Program-made: the position numbers and the translations under genes
Assembly (NCBI GenBank): GCA_958009085.1
Contig: OY253686.1
Span: forward strand, 248,001 to 312,000
Length of the DNA stretch: 64,000 bases
Source: Protoeuglena noctilucae
Lineage: Eukaryota
Direction of reading: 5' to 3'
Shown: positions 10,801 through 23,972 of the stretch, one piece after another
Position numbering within the stretch: the first letter of the stretch is position 1
How the letters are laid out: each line of letters opens with the position of its first letter
The notes under the pieces: generated by a model
The model's input: only the letters and a program-made list of their open reading frames with translations
Told to the model about the DNA's origin: nothing
Databases searched by the model: none

Positions 10801-13800
10801 CATATTCCGCTTTGCTCAGAAGGTGCAGCATCTTGCCGTCCGTGGCAGCAGCTGCGTTATCTGCGACGGGCTTCAATGTCAGTTGAATTGGAAGCAGGCT
10901 TTTGTTGTCCATGGTACCTGCGCAGATATGAAAGGAAATAGGCAACAGTTATAGGTGTCACTGCGTCATCTGTACCCTCAGAGCTCACCCGCTGCACACC
11001 GCCCCTCACCAGAGAACCCGACGATGGTGCTCGTCCTGTTAGCATGGTTGCCCTCCCCCTGGGGCACGTGTGCTAGATCCCACCCCGTGGCCTCAATGTG
11101 CCTGGGATAGTGCTGAATTTCCCTTGAAAGCAGGCACGATTGCAGCCAGAAGCCCACGGTCCGCATGTTCCTGCCAAAGACCTTGTGCAGCGAATCCATT
11201 ATCTCCTCGTTGCTCGGGTCCAGCGATCTCACATCGTCCAGCTTGTCCCACGTAGTTTTATCCACAATGTCTTCGTCCACGACACCTTCGGCCAGTTCCA
11301 GCCACTCCTTGTACTCTGCCTCCTGCTCACTCTGCCCCTTCGACAGCAACTTTGACACTGCCTCCCTCATCTCAAACCGGGATAGCCCGTCGTTGAAGTA
11401 CGACAGGAATGTGAGGAAGATGGCCGTATCATGGTGCGCAAACTCGCTTCGGTCGCTTGGGGTGTCGCACGCCCGGAAGGGCACTGCCACCTTCGTGCGC
11501 TTTTTCTGCCCCCTTCTATCTACACCGAAGTCGACGTTGACCCGCAAGCTAAGGCAGTGGAATGCCACGCCGTGACCCAGAAGACCCCGCAGCAGCAGCA
11601 CCTGGTCCTTGGCCGTTTCATCCAGATTGAGGCCATCAAGAATCTCATCTATCCCTCTAGAAACGTTTGTCACGGCCTGAACCAGATTTTCCCTCTGAGT
11701 CACCTTGGGAGCAATCATCCGGCTCGTGTTGCGGGGTGGTTTGGAAATTAGCTTGGTCGCGACTTCCTGTGCCAGTTTGGACCGCATCCCTCTCGGGGTG
11801 CCCGTGCTCAACCGGCAGCCGCTGAATGCTCCCGGAGGCGGCGGTTGTGCGGGGTGAATCCTGACCCCATCCAGCTCCTGCGACGAAAGCTCCTTTGACA
11901 AGACCTCCAGGACGGCCAAGGGCACCGAGAAGCGAACGGACGCGCTGGGTATATCCTTGTGAGACCCCATGGCGTATACCAGCTTGAAATTGTGCCTGAG
12001 TAACTCGTCGCACTCGTCCAGGATCTCGTGGAAGGGGAAGCCTTCCAGCATCTTAAGCGACTCCACCTCACTGCCGCCACCCAACTCGCAACCGCTGCTG
12101 GCCTGTGACTCGCTGCCTGACTTACTGCCACTGCCCGTCTTGCCGCCCCCTGTCTCCAGCATTACGCGTTTAAGAAGCATCGACTGTCGCGCGTCCTGGC
12201 CCATGAGCAGGACCCCACGCTCGTCACGGCAGCGCATGAGGATCGCCTTAAGCGTACCCAGGACCCGCTCGTCCACTTTCACATCTCGGTGGAAGGGTAG
12301 CACAAACACCTTGCGCTGCAGCACCCCACCAGATATGCTGCGGCGCAGGTGATCCCGAGCCTCGTTCAGCAGCGTCGGCAGCAGCGTCACGCGCACCACG
12401 TGGTCCCGCCTATCCGCCCAGTGCAGCGCCAGCATCGGCAGGATGACCCGCGTTTTGCCCTCGCCCACGTTGAGCTGGGCCAGCGCTCCGGAGTGGTCCA
12501 TAAGGTGCTTGGCAGTACGGTATTGCACTTGCCTAATCTGTAGGCGGTTCTCTACCTCAAACACCAACCAAAGGGGGTGCTCGCATGCCGTCCATTCCCG
12601 CCGCACTGCCAGCTCCCGCGCCGCCTCCACCTCAGCATGTACGTCTCCTTTCGAGTGCGCAACTAGGGCCACCTTCACCCGGTTCAGTCGATCCTCTAGG
12701 ACACACAGCTGCGCCCACACGACCGCGCCCTCCCGCAGCGCATCAGTCGCCGTGGTCAGATATGGGTTAGTGGCACCAACCCAGGCACGGTCCGCCAGCA
12801 CCCGCAGGAGGTCAGGTGCAGCTGGGGCCGGCATCACGCCAGCAGCCACGCGCATCGTATGACCAGCCGCGCACCTGTCTTTCGGCTCGTACCTCAGCCC
12901 GTCCAACAACCACTTTTCCATCTTTTCCCTCTTATCCTTGACCTCCTTCAGCACCTCGTCCACCTTGTCGTGGGCCTCATCAGACAGCCCATCGCGCACT
13001 GCTCCGTTGGTGTATTTCTGGAAGCTTTTCTGCAGGCAATTCCTCACATCCTTTTCAACCTCTGACAAGCCCTGGGCCTTGATCGGGAGCTCCCCCGCGA
13101 TGACCTTTCTCCGTTCCGTCAGCCTTGCCAGCTCTTTCTCCTTCGCCTGCACCCAGTTCGTGATGACCGGGTACTCTTCCGTTTCCTGCACGGTCGCCGG
13201 CAAGGCCACGCCACTGTATGGCCCAGCTTGTTTCGCCAGGATGCGGAGCTCCTCAACTGACGTCAGCATCTGCCGCACGGGAAGCCGCCCCGTGCGCATC
13301 AGCTGCATGTACTGGCCCGCTGCGTTCACGTTTACCTCCGGCAAAGAGGAGGGCTCTTGCTCGGCCGTCAAGAGACCCATTTGGACGTGCATGGACTGCA
13401 GCTGGCGGGAGCTGGAGGCGAGGTCCTCAGAGAGCAGGGCGAGGGCCGGTGCACCCATGGAGTGCTTCTGCAGAGTCATCAGATGGCCAGAAGCATCTAG
13501 CGGCAGCGGCTGGATACCCCAGCTCTGCCGCAGCAGCGCAAGTGCGGCATCTGCCCCCGTCTGACCCGTGCTCTTGTCTGGCAGCCGTGTGCCTGTCGCT
13601 GCGAACAGTGCCGCTAGCTGCAGCTGCCCTGTGTCAGATGCTGCCCGAAGCCACCCAAACCGGGCATGCTCGTCAAATCGCTGCATGTGGACCCACTCGT
13701 CGCATTTCTTCGACAGCAACAGCACAGTGCTGTCTCCCCGGCCCTGTACACTGCCGCTTGGCATGAGCACGATGCGCTCCGCAGACTCCGCCGGCACGGC

Positions 13801-16800
13801 CTCAAGTACAAGGTACTGCCGGAACCCCACCAGCTGCTCTAGTTGCTGGCACGAGGCCAGGCGGTGCGCAGTGTGGCTCCGGGACTGGAGGGACCCGTCA
13901 TCGCAAAGCCAAAACTCCAGGCCGCTGCGCGGCAAATGGAAAACCACGCGCTCGTTGCCTTCCTGTGACACTATCCGCACGATCGTGTGAATGAACTGCC
14001 ACCGCTCAAGGCGCTCCAGCACCCGCAGGGCACCCAGCCCCGTGGGCACCAGCCGGTCGCAGAGGCCCGACAGCGTCCCGGCTAAGCCGAGCAGCTCGCG
14101 CCACTGCTTGCCCCGGAGGTGCTGTGGTACAGCGTAGAGGCAGCATGGTCGGGAACCGCCGCCCGCACGATTGCCGCCATTGGCCCCCTGGACGACACCC
14201 AGGAATTCCACCGACCGGTCGAAGCAGTCGACGTCCTCTCCGCACCTCCGCAACACCAGCGCGCCACCGTCCGCGCTCAGCCAGTGCGCGTGCATGCGCC
14301 GCAGTCGCTCAGGCAGCGTGGTGGTCGGGCACCACGCACACTCCTCGTCTTGCCCGGGGTCCAGCAACCGCAACACGCTGGCCCCCTTCCTCCCCAGCTC
14401 CACCTCCTCCACGTGCAGCTCCTCTCCCACCCGTCGGAATCGGTAGACCAGGCACCCCGCTATCGGCTTTACCGTCTCGAACCACCCGTCCACCCCAGCC
14501 TGCGCCACCTCAAAGTTCCTGGCTTGGAAGACCCGCTGGTAGAGCCGGTGATCACGCACCTCTGCCGGCAGCATCGACGGCGGCAAGCCGTTCCGCAGCG
14601 CCATCCCCGTCGCCAGGTTGAGCGAGTAGAGGTTGCCGTCGTGCTCCGCCTCAACGCACGTCGTGGGGTCGCTCCCAGTGTGCAGCCAACCCCATTGCAG
14701 GGCATGAGGCGCCTGCGTGAATACTGCCCGCAAGGCTGCCGTCGCCAGCTCGTCCAGGTGCCTCCCCGCCGCGCTGAGCACGTCCGCCACGCGACCCGCC
14801 ATGGCCACCAGCGCCTGGACCTCCAGGACCTCCACCTGCTCCTTAAGTTGCTTGGCCTCCGCTTGGGTCTTGGTCTTGTCGTCGGCTTGCAGGTGCACGG
14901 CCTCGAGAGACGACCGGGCCTGCCGCAGGCACGCCAGTTGCGTGATCGCGTGTTGGGCGTCTTCGAACTCCAGCGGGCCGTTCGAGTAGCAGAGGACCGC
15001 GTAGGCGTGATAAGACGCCTTCCGCGCCCGCAGAGACACGAGGACATCCTCCTGCGTCTTTTGCTCCACCTCCGCGCCCATGCACTCCGCCCACTCCCGT
15101 GCCGCCCTCGCCAGCTGGCGTGCCACTTTCACCGCCCCCTTGTTGTAGCCCGCCAGGTACGACGTGAGTTCCCCCAGTAGCGCCAGGGACGACGCTTCCG
15201 ATGGCTTCTTCGCCACCTCCTCCGCCAGGTCCTTCAGCACCTGCACCAGCGCCGCCCACGAGCTATGCTCGGGTGACCCCTCAAAGGCGTCCGTCATCCA
15301 CGATCGCCGGACACGCCCGCCCTCCACCAATAGCTCCCCCACATGGTAGAGCGCCTGCCGCAGCAGCACCCCAACCGCGGGGTGGCCAAGGGGCAGGGTG
15401 CGGTCAGCCAGGGCCGTAAGCAACTTGCGATATTGGGTAGCCGGGTACGCCCGCAGGCCGCACAGCGCCAGGAACGAGGGCTTGGACCGCAGCGCCCACA
15501 GCTGCTGAGATGCTGGGCCTTCCTCGGGGAGCTCGGTGAGCAGGTCCTGCCTTGCCAAGCCCTCGTTGCCCCGGGAGAACGGAGTATGCTCCGCGCCGCC
15601 CTGCTCCATGGCCCAGTTCAGCTGCTCGAATTCTTCAGGCAGAACCTCGGTGTTGGCACGCACAACCACGTCTCTAGGCACCCGAAAAGGATTGAAGTAC
15701 GTGCACCCCTGCCCCTCATCACTCCCGTCGCCGCTCCCTTCCCACACCATCTGAAGTTCGAACGTGTCAGGGTACCACACGCCGTCCGCCTTGCTGCGAT
15801 AGTCCTCGACCTTTTTCGGCCAAATCTTCTTCGGTTGCTTCGCATTCAGAGCCCGAAGTCGGATTCTGCTTTCGGTGCAAGCGTCCGTCGAGGTCGTATG
15901 GACCGACGTAGCCGACAGGTGCTTGGTATAGTGGTCAGCCCACATGCTGACCTTCGTGTCACCCTCCACCATGTTGAGCTTGTCTTTCAGCTTGTCACTC
16001 CACTTCACAGGAAGCAGCATTTGCTGGGCCATGACAGACAGCCTTGCCAGGCACCGAAGGGGCTCCTTCATGTGCAAAAAGAAGAGGACCTGTGGCAGGG
16101 GAGCATGTGATGGGTCACATGAGGGCCAGGAGTGCACGGATGGCAGGGACAGCAGAGAATGCAAGACAGTCACCTGGCGCATCTTGGCCTCGTCTTTCGG
16201 CAGAGGTTGCACCACCGGAGGCGGCGGCTTGTTCGCCTCGTCGAGCTCCGTTTCGATGGCAGAGACCCTGACCTCTGCGCTCTTCACCTTCTTTTTGGCC
16301 TCGTTATATAGGCTCTTCCACTCTTGATAATCGGAGGACGTGTCGACCTTTGGCTTCTTGCTGCTGACCTCCTCCAACTTCTTGCGCCTCGTCTCCAGAG
16401 TCGATTCTTCTTTCTGCAGCTTTTGCTCCAGCTCCTGCACCTCGGCCTGCTTCCTCTGGACAGCCATCCAGTGCGCATCCACCCTGGCCTGAGCGTCGGT
16501 AACCTCCATCTTCATCAGCTCGCGCATGTCCTCGTCCTGAGCCGCAAAGGCATCTGCCATTGCCATCGTCGGCGCCTGGTCGCTCAGATGGAAGAGCCGG
16601 CCACCCCGGCGTTCCGAACAGCTCTTCAGGTACTCTGCCACCTTTACCGCCGCGTCCTGTGCGGCCTTGGATCCTAGCACCATGTGGCCTACGTCTTCCC
16701 AGTTGAGCGGGACCGAGTACGACCCCACCAGTTTGTACTTCTCTTCCGCCTTGACCACGCTGTGCGTCAGGCAGAAGGCGATCCAGACCACCAGCCTGGC

Positions 16801-19800
16801 CCGCCCGCGCAGCTCCACGCCCAGCAGGGGACCCTTAGCCTTCTCCTCAACCTTCTCCTCAAGCTGCGATGCCAAGCGGCGGTACTCGTCGACCGCTTTG
16901 TCGAGGGTCGGCAGGTCGGCCAGCGTCAGTCCGTGGCTGCTGGGCTCGAAGCCCCGTGCGGCGACTGCGAAGAATGCAGCCTCCGCCTGACGCACTCGTG
17001 ATGCCTCGCCCACGTACGTCTCGTGTTCGTCAGTCCTGACGCAGGGCTGGCTAATGAATTTTGCGATGGTAGGCACCTTAGCGCCCCCAGCGAGGGCAGG
17101 TAGGAGCTCCACGTTTGAACGTGCTTTGTGCCACGCGCCGTCCATGCCCTGTCTGACCGGCGCCGCCTGCTCCGCTGGGGCGTCCAGGCAGAAGTCCTCG
17201 CAGGTAGCCACCGCCGCTGCGTTACCCTGCTTCGGCAGCATCGATTTGTCCTGGAGATCCTTGACCTTTGCCTCCCAGGCGCTGTGCAGGCTCTCGGTGA
17301 CTTTCCCCGCCAACGCAGCGAATCCCCTCATGTCCGCCCACGGCTTCTCCGCCAGGGCCGCCCCCAGCTCCACCGCCATCTCCAGTCGAACCATCGCAAG
17401 GTCGACGTCGTCGTGGTCCAGCGGCCCCAACGGACTCGAGGGCTGGGCTTGCAGCGCCGCCAGCCACAGGTGGAAGAAGGCCACGGCCGCCTCGAACGCG
17501 CAGGACTGGTCCTTATCCCCTTCTCTCAAGACAAGGAACTGCAAGCAGTGGACTGCACCCCAGTCAGCGCCCGCTGTCAATAGTAAAGCCAGTCACGCTA
17601 CGTCTGGACATTGGGTGGCCGCAGGTCGCACCTTTACCACCTCCCGTGCCACCGGCCATTCCAGGGAAGTTGCGTCCTTGCCGTGCGTAGCAAAGTCAGG
17701 AAAGCCGCCCATGTAAGAAATGACCTCATTTCCCGTTATCTTTCCCCCAGTCGTCTCGATGCGCTTCCTGGCCGCAACGATGCAGGCCTTGACAAACCCC
17801 GCTGTCTTCGAAGCACGAACGCGTGCGTCAGTCAGCAGCGCTTTGACCTTATTTTGAGCTTTAGGAAGTTCTTTTTCGAACATTTCCCACTCGTGCCCTG
17901 CGACGCTGCCGGCATACCCTGAGAAGCCCCCATCGCTCCTGGCTCCATGCCTGCGCTGCGCCCCGCTCCAGCACCTGGGTGGGCAGCGATAGTTCCGGAC
18001 TCCATGTTTGCACCAACGAACACATGAAGCGATTCTCGACTGATCAAACAGGCCTCCCAACGAGACTCACCCTTCCACGATGTGCTCCCATCGATCTGCT
18101 GCGACGACCCATATGTTCTCTGAGCCCGCCGTGTACGGGGCGGAAGTGACCACGATTGCACAGCCGTAGTCCGGAAGGAACTGCGCGTCCTTCAGCGCTT
18201 GTACAGCTCTTTTTGCCGACGCTGCGATATCACCGAAAGCCTTTGGGATGCCGGTCTGTCTCACAGCTCTGACCACCTCGCCGGGTAGGTCGCACATGTT
18301 GGTCGATTGGTCTTCAGCGAGGTATAAGAGAAGATGCGTGGAAAAAAACTTGGCCATTTTGGAATTTCCCTCGCTGCTGAACCCGAAATCTCGCTGCAGC
18401 TTGTCACCCCCTGCAAGAAATTAGTTTATTTTTTGATAGTTTATTTTTGTTTATTTTTATATTTTTTATTTTTTGTAAAATACAGAAGTGTAAAATCATG
18501 CATGCATTGATTACACAGCTGGCATCTTCTCATGGCAATATCAACATTGCATAAACTCACTCGCCAGGGGGTCCAGGCGGCTGCCTGTAATCATGATCAT
18601 GTCGCTCTGCAGCATGAGCAGCAGTTGCAGGTCGCTCCCCATGATGTCGTGCCGATCCCATCTCGGTACGCCGTCGTCTGTCCCTTGAGCGTCGGGGAAA
18701 GCGCGTTGGGAGGGATTCTGGCGCTTTCCAGCCCAACCCTCCCCACACGGGACGTCCCATAGCAACTTTTTCTCGGGATTGTTGCAAGACTGAGTGGTGA
18801 TCGTGACGGTAGCCTGAAGGGGCTGATGGTCGAAGACAGCTGCACAGTAGTCCTTGACGACCTCGACCTCGAGCATGACGTGGCTCCCGTTTGGCACACA
18901 CACGGCGCCGATGAAGTCGATGACTCCCTGGGTGCGCTTGGCGCTTGTCGTTCTGCTGCCCGGCTCGTACACGGGAATCTGAACCCTCTCCCACATCTTC
19001 ACGACCTTGGAGGGAAGCCAGAGACACGCCTCATCCAGCTTGACGTTCGCATCGCAGCCGATAAGGACGGGCAGCTGGAACGCGTCCGCCAGCAGGGAGA
19101 AGACCTCGCATGCTTTCGTCCATAACCTGCAAGCAGTAAATATATTAAGATATTACCTTCATTTATTTATTGTTATGCTGTTAATTTTATCTAAAACTGT
19201 ATAAATTATAGTTTTGTTGCAAAAAATGTTGCTACAACATTTATAATAATTGTCATTTTTTGAACGGGTGACAAACCTGCGCATGAGAGCACGGGACATT
19301 AGGTGTGCTCACCGATACTTGAGTCGGTTGTTCATCCCAGTGTGGTAGCCATGGTACGACACGGCCAAGACTGGGCCCTGATTAGTTCCGGAGTTCTCCG
19401 GATTGGCGAGAGGGGTGCACCGGACCACGAGCATTCTTTTGAAAAGGAGCTTGTACACCTCATGGTGCTCGTCCACCAGCTTATGCTTGATCCTCTTATG
19501 ACTCTCACGGACCTCCATCATCTTGCACCAATCCTTCCTTGCCATTACTGCCAGGCAATTCGTGCCCTTGTTCTTGACTTCTTCTTTCTTGTATATTGCT
19601 TGGAAATGTTCCCGAAGCTTCCTGAGCACTTCTTTCTTGTGCATCACTTTGCTCCGCACCTCTTGCAGCATAATGACGTGGGGATCGACATCATCCACAA
19701 GATCGACGGTCTTCTTGTATGAATTCGAGGTCTTCCCTGATTTCGGTCCCACATTGGCAGACAGAATTCTGAAGCGCGGGGGTTCTCGAAGGGACAGACC

Positions 19801-19830
19801 CGCCAGTCCACGGCTGACAGCCTCCTCCAT
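7857..19830 (-). CDS. Giant multidomain protein: EEP nuclease/phosphatase + DUF3638/DUF3645 helicase-like ATPase + right-handed beta-helix repeats (beta-helix tail disrupted)
   Basis: EEP motifs ILSANV, MLQEV, SYHG, IGCDAN, VIDF, FDHQP. Core motifs QLNVGEGKT, ILDECDE, AVPFRACDTPSDRSEF, GFS|GT, FDEARCRGVD, QAAGRMRQL. Tail repeats GGSI..GVCCQEGG. Phase-compatible GT-AG introns link the pieces (19127-19312, 18411-18560, 17975-18070, 17539-17631, ~10918-11009, 8829-8923, among others). The start codon is approximate. Confidence 0.75.
7984..8391 (-). repeat. 135-bp (45-aa) coding tandem repeat in the beta-helix domain
   Basis: Units begin at 7984, 8119 and 8254. The first two are nearly identical at nucleotide level and the third is diverged. 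Confidence 0.9.
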
Positions 19831-20827
19831 GATTCCACGCTCGTCCCACCCGCGACCTGCATGTGCAGGCATGTCATTAATGGGCGGTGGACATAATCGA
19901 CAAGACCGCTTGCAGGTTAGCAATCGTTTGTGCTGGGGCATCTCACACAATGGCCATGGCCGCGCCATGCAACAACCGGGGGCTTAGATTGTCAGATTAC
20001 TCTGCGAAAAGCATCCCAAAACCAGCCGCACGCCCGCGTAGCCCGAGCGAGACAGACCACGCAGCGCCATTGTGCTCCCTCACCGTGTCCACGGTGGTAC
20101 GCGCCGGGCCCCGAGGAGGCTCACCGCCGTCGCAGCTGCGGGAAGTCAACTAAAGATCGTCGCGGGACGAAGGGTTTGCGCACCCGCAGGCTCTGGAAAC
20201 CCCTGACATGTCGTGAAATGAGCGCATGCTACATGCTCGCAGCGGCGACCGAGTTGAGGTACAAAGGAACGAACAGTGCAGAAGATGCAACAAACATCAA
20301 GCAGACATGCTGCTCGCTCGCGCCGCGCGAGCGAGAGGGGCGTCGCGGCGGTCAATGCGTGCTCTCTTGCCGCCCAGTCGTCCGCCCTTATCTCACCCGC
20401 CCGACGGCCGTCGCTCCCTCTCGTGCCGCACGCACTCCAATGAGACTCGATACTTGCGCAGCGACGCCCGAACGGGCCCTAAGTCACGAGCCTCGCCCCA
20501 GAGGGATGCTCGCTTCTTTCCTGCGCACCTCGCGGCTTTGGCGCTCTCTGCGCACTCACTAGTGCATAGGAGTGACGTATGCAGCAGAAAATTGGCACAT
20601 GCGCACCCACACGCCGGCGGCTGGCGCCGGCTGGCCCTTGTGAGAAACCAGGGCATTGCAAAGGACCCCGCCTTCGCTTTGCTCGACCGCGCATGGTGCG
20701 CATCGTCGCCACCTGAATGCAGCGGCGCGCCATGATCAGGCTGTGAGCGGGGGTTGCAGCGCGGTGCCATGCGTCAAGCCGGCACCGTCACACGCGCTGC
20801 GTTGCAAGCCTGCCGCCCTCGTCTTAA

Positions 20828-20905
20828 AAGCGGCGTTGTCACTTGCTACTCGCTACGGCCTCTCAGCACGCGCCTCGCCGGCTCATTCGAACGAATACAC
20901 AGGTC
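20828..20905 (+). repeat. Degenerate ~70-bp direct repeat, copy 2
   Basis: Matches 7490-7560. It lies just past the stop codon (20925) of ankyrin gene A. Confidence 0.85.
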
Positions 20906-20924
20906 CGCACCCATGCATCGAGCG

Positions 20925-23527
20925 CTACCCGCCCCACCTCCCCCTCAGCAGGGACTGCCAGTCCGCCTGCACCTTCTTGGCCTGCTCGGCCTCCTCCAGA
21001 GCACGATACGACGCGCAGCACGCGTGACAGGGGCCGTGGAGGCACGTCGCGCCCGCTGTGTCGCTCTGTGTGCGACGTGGAGACGCTGTGAAGTGCCGCT
21101 CTCAGGCATGCAGTTGCAGTGCCGACATGACACCCGCAGAGGCCCTCACCTGGCACACCGTGGTGGGAGGGGGCCACACCCTGGGGTCCGAGGCGCACAC
21201 CCGCACCAAGTCACGCGCCGTGCGACCATTATCGTCCTCCAGCGTCGCGTCGCCGTAGCCGTCCGTGAGCAGCCACTGCAGCGCGTTGCCCGCGCTCTCG
21301 CCCCTGCGGGGAAACACAGGGGACCACAGGGGCTGGGATGCGACGTGTGAGGCGAGCAAGCGGTTACGGTCCCACGCGACCAACCATCAGCCGTGGCTGG
21401 CACGCACCCGCAGGAGTGGTTGTCGTTGACCCAGCACATGGATACAAGCATAGTGGCCGTGAAGCCCGCGAGGTTCTTGACGTTCGGGTTGCCGCCCTTC
21501 CCCACCACCGCCTTCAGCGGCTCCGGCCCACCCCACGCCACCACCGCCGCCGCCCTGCGACCAACACCAGGACATCTCCATCAAGTGTGCTGCATTGTTC
21601 TGTTCGTATGCAAACACAGATAGAAAGCCCAACTGTACTACCTATAGACACCCACACCGCCCTTTTCGCACCTGGCTGCGGGAGTCCAGCCGCCAAACCC
21701 AGCCTTGTTGACGTCAGCTCCCAGCTTCAGCAGCGCTTGGATGGTCGGCATGGCCTTCCCCGCGTCCTGCAGGGCAGGGAGAGGGAGCAGCTGTGTTCGA
21801 ATTGTCATGCTGACTAGGAGTGCAAGACACGACCCCCAGCAGCGCAACCATTGCGTCGACTCGCCTGAGGGCCTGAATGCGCCTCCAGTGCCCAGAACAG
21901 CGCCGTCTCCTGCTGCTCCGGCGCGTCCATGTCCGGCTGGTCCGGGTCTATCCCAAAGTCATCCACCAGCAGCGTGAGCATGTCCGGCCATGCCGACGCC
22001 TTGTCTGGCGGGCCGTGCTTCCACATCTCCGCCACTGCAGGATCGGAGACATATCGTAGTATATAATTGCATACAATCATGCCCTGGTGAACAGGCCTAA
22101 TGGCATGGCCACCCTCTGTCGATGCGGGCGCTCAGTCGCTCACCCAGGTGAATGGCCCCGAAGTTGCCAATCATGCACTCCCCGCACTCCAAATACTCCT
22201 TCGGCGACTCTTCCACTCGGCACCCGATGCAACTGCGGCCGCACGCGTCAGGCACAGCATGTCCGTTCAGCACGATCGAGCGCTCCCCGACTTGCGGCCC
22301 AGCCCTTGCCCACACTCGCACCTGGTGACGTCCTGCCCCAGCCCTCGCAGCGCCACGCGCAGCCTAGCGACGTCGCCTGCCAGAATGGCGTCTCGCACCG
22401 CCCGCCTCAGCTCTTGGGACGGCCCCGTGTCGCGCGTCAGAGCCGCCACGGGGATCGCGGAGCGGCCCAGCGCTTGCGTGAAGGGGTCCTCCAGCGCCGC
22501 CTGCGATTGCATGGAGATAGGCTTGTTTTCCAGGCTTAGTTACCCATGACACGCCTGCGGCAAACCCATGCCAGAGCCCCACCTACCAACAGCAGCTGCG
22601 CGCGTCAGAGAACAATGGGCTACAGCAAGTGCACCAAAACGTGCTGTGCTCGGTATGCCCCCCCCTGGGACTCGCCTCGTAGGCCGCAGCCGAGGGCTCC
22701 GGTGGCGGCCTGGCCGGCTCGACTTGGCTCTGGGCGCAGACCCGCTCGCAGCACTCCTTGCAGTTGTTGGACTGGAACCCGAAGCTCGCGCAGGCGGTCC
22801 GGGAGAGCCAGCAGAAGGAGCGGCACTGGGCTGCGACGGCCTCGGCCCGGGGCATCGCAGCGTGGAACGGCACGGTGGGGAAGGTGACGTTTGGAAAGAG
22901 GTCCGCGGTGCACTCGAGAGACCCTACGCGGTCCGGGTCCTTCGCCTCCGCCTCTCTCTCCGCCTGGGCTGCCTTCTGCTGTTGCTGGAGCAGAGGGTTG
23001 AAGCCGGATAGACCCGAGACGACGCCGTCCGCGGGACCAGCATCGCCGTCGGCCGGGGCGGGGCTGGTCGTGGGAAGTGGAGCGGCGGTGGTGGGGGTCG
23101 GGGATGCTGGGGCGGGCGTCTGGGCGGCGGGAGGTGGGGGCGCGGGCGCGGTGGCCGGTGCAGGGCCGACCGAGTTCCAGCCTTGCAGGTCGTCGTCGGC
23201 TGGCGACCCTTCCAGATTGCGGGATGGGTGCGGGGGCAGGAGAGCGTGGCTGAGGGTGGGGCGGACGGCCGCGCACTTGAGAGGGTCATGCGATGGCGAG
23301 GGCGCTCGTGAGGCCAGGCAGTGCAGGGCTGCGGGGAGGCCGGGAGGGGCTGTTCTGCTACGCGATCGGTACACTTAAAGATCAGAAACAGGTCCTCGCC
23401 AAAAGCACGGCTTGCAGACTCAGGATAGGCGCTGGGATGGGCGAGGACGGGGTGACTCTGCCGACTCGCCTGGTAGGATGCTCAGCGCCAGGAGCAGAGC
23501 AAGGGCAGCGCGAGAAGCAGAGGACAT
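20925..23527 (-). CDS. Cys-rich ankyrin-repeat protein A with putative signal peptide
   Basis: MSSASRAALALLLALSILPG; Pro/Thr-rich linker; QCRSFCW..ACAS..CKECCERVC; ankyrin-like LLKLGADVNKAGFGGWTP, GGNPNVKNLAGFTA and EDDNGRTARDL; C-terminal CLHGPCHACC. Collinear with the paralog at 28174-31291. Confidence 0.7.
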
Positions 23528-23972
23528 GACCCCGGATGCCGCGGGAAGCTCCGACGACCGATCGCGGCTGCTGAGGCGGAGAACGGGACCAGCAGCCCCA
23601 TGGACACAAGGCCCGAGGGGTCCCGATGACGCCCCAAGGATCGGGTGCGCAGCGCCACAGCCCTCTTAGCTAACAAATTAAGCGATCGGCGAGCTCGCCA
23701 CGCCCGCGATGAGACGGGCGTGGACGGCGGCCAGTCGAGAAACACTAAGCCTGGCTCTGCGCGCGAGCAGCGAAGGCCATGTGGGCTGCGCGCTTGAGAG
23801 AACCGAGTCAATTCATCGTGTGCATAGGAAGCGGCATGGCTGCGCCGCGGCAGCCAAGAGGCGAGTCAGGGCGCACTGGCGCAGATGCCCTGGGGTGTCT
23901 GAATGAAAGAGGCAGAAATAGACGACACGCTTGCGTCATAGGAACAAGGAGGTGCTTGTTAGCCGAGCAGGG

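Noticed and set aside
7857..19830. Helitron or LINE interpretation of the EEP plus helicase-like gene
   Set aside because: I recognised no HUH Rep, Pif1 or reverse-transcriptase motifs and no Helitron-type termini. The ATPase motifs are of the DUF3638/DUF3645 type.
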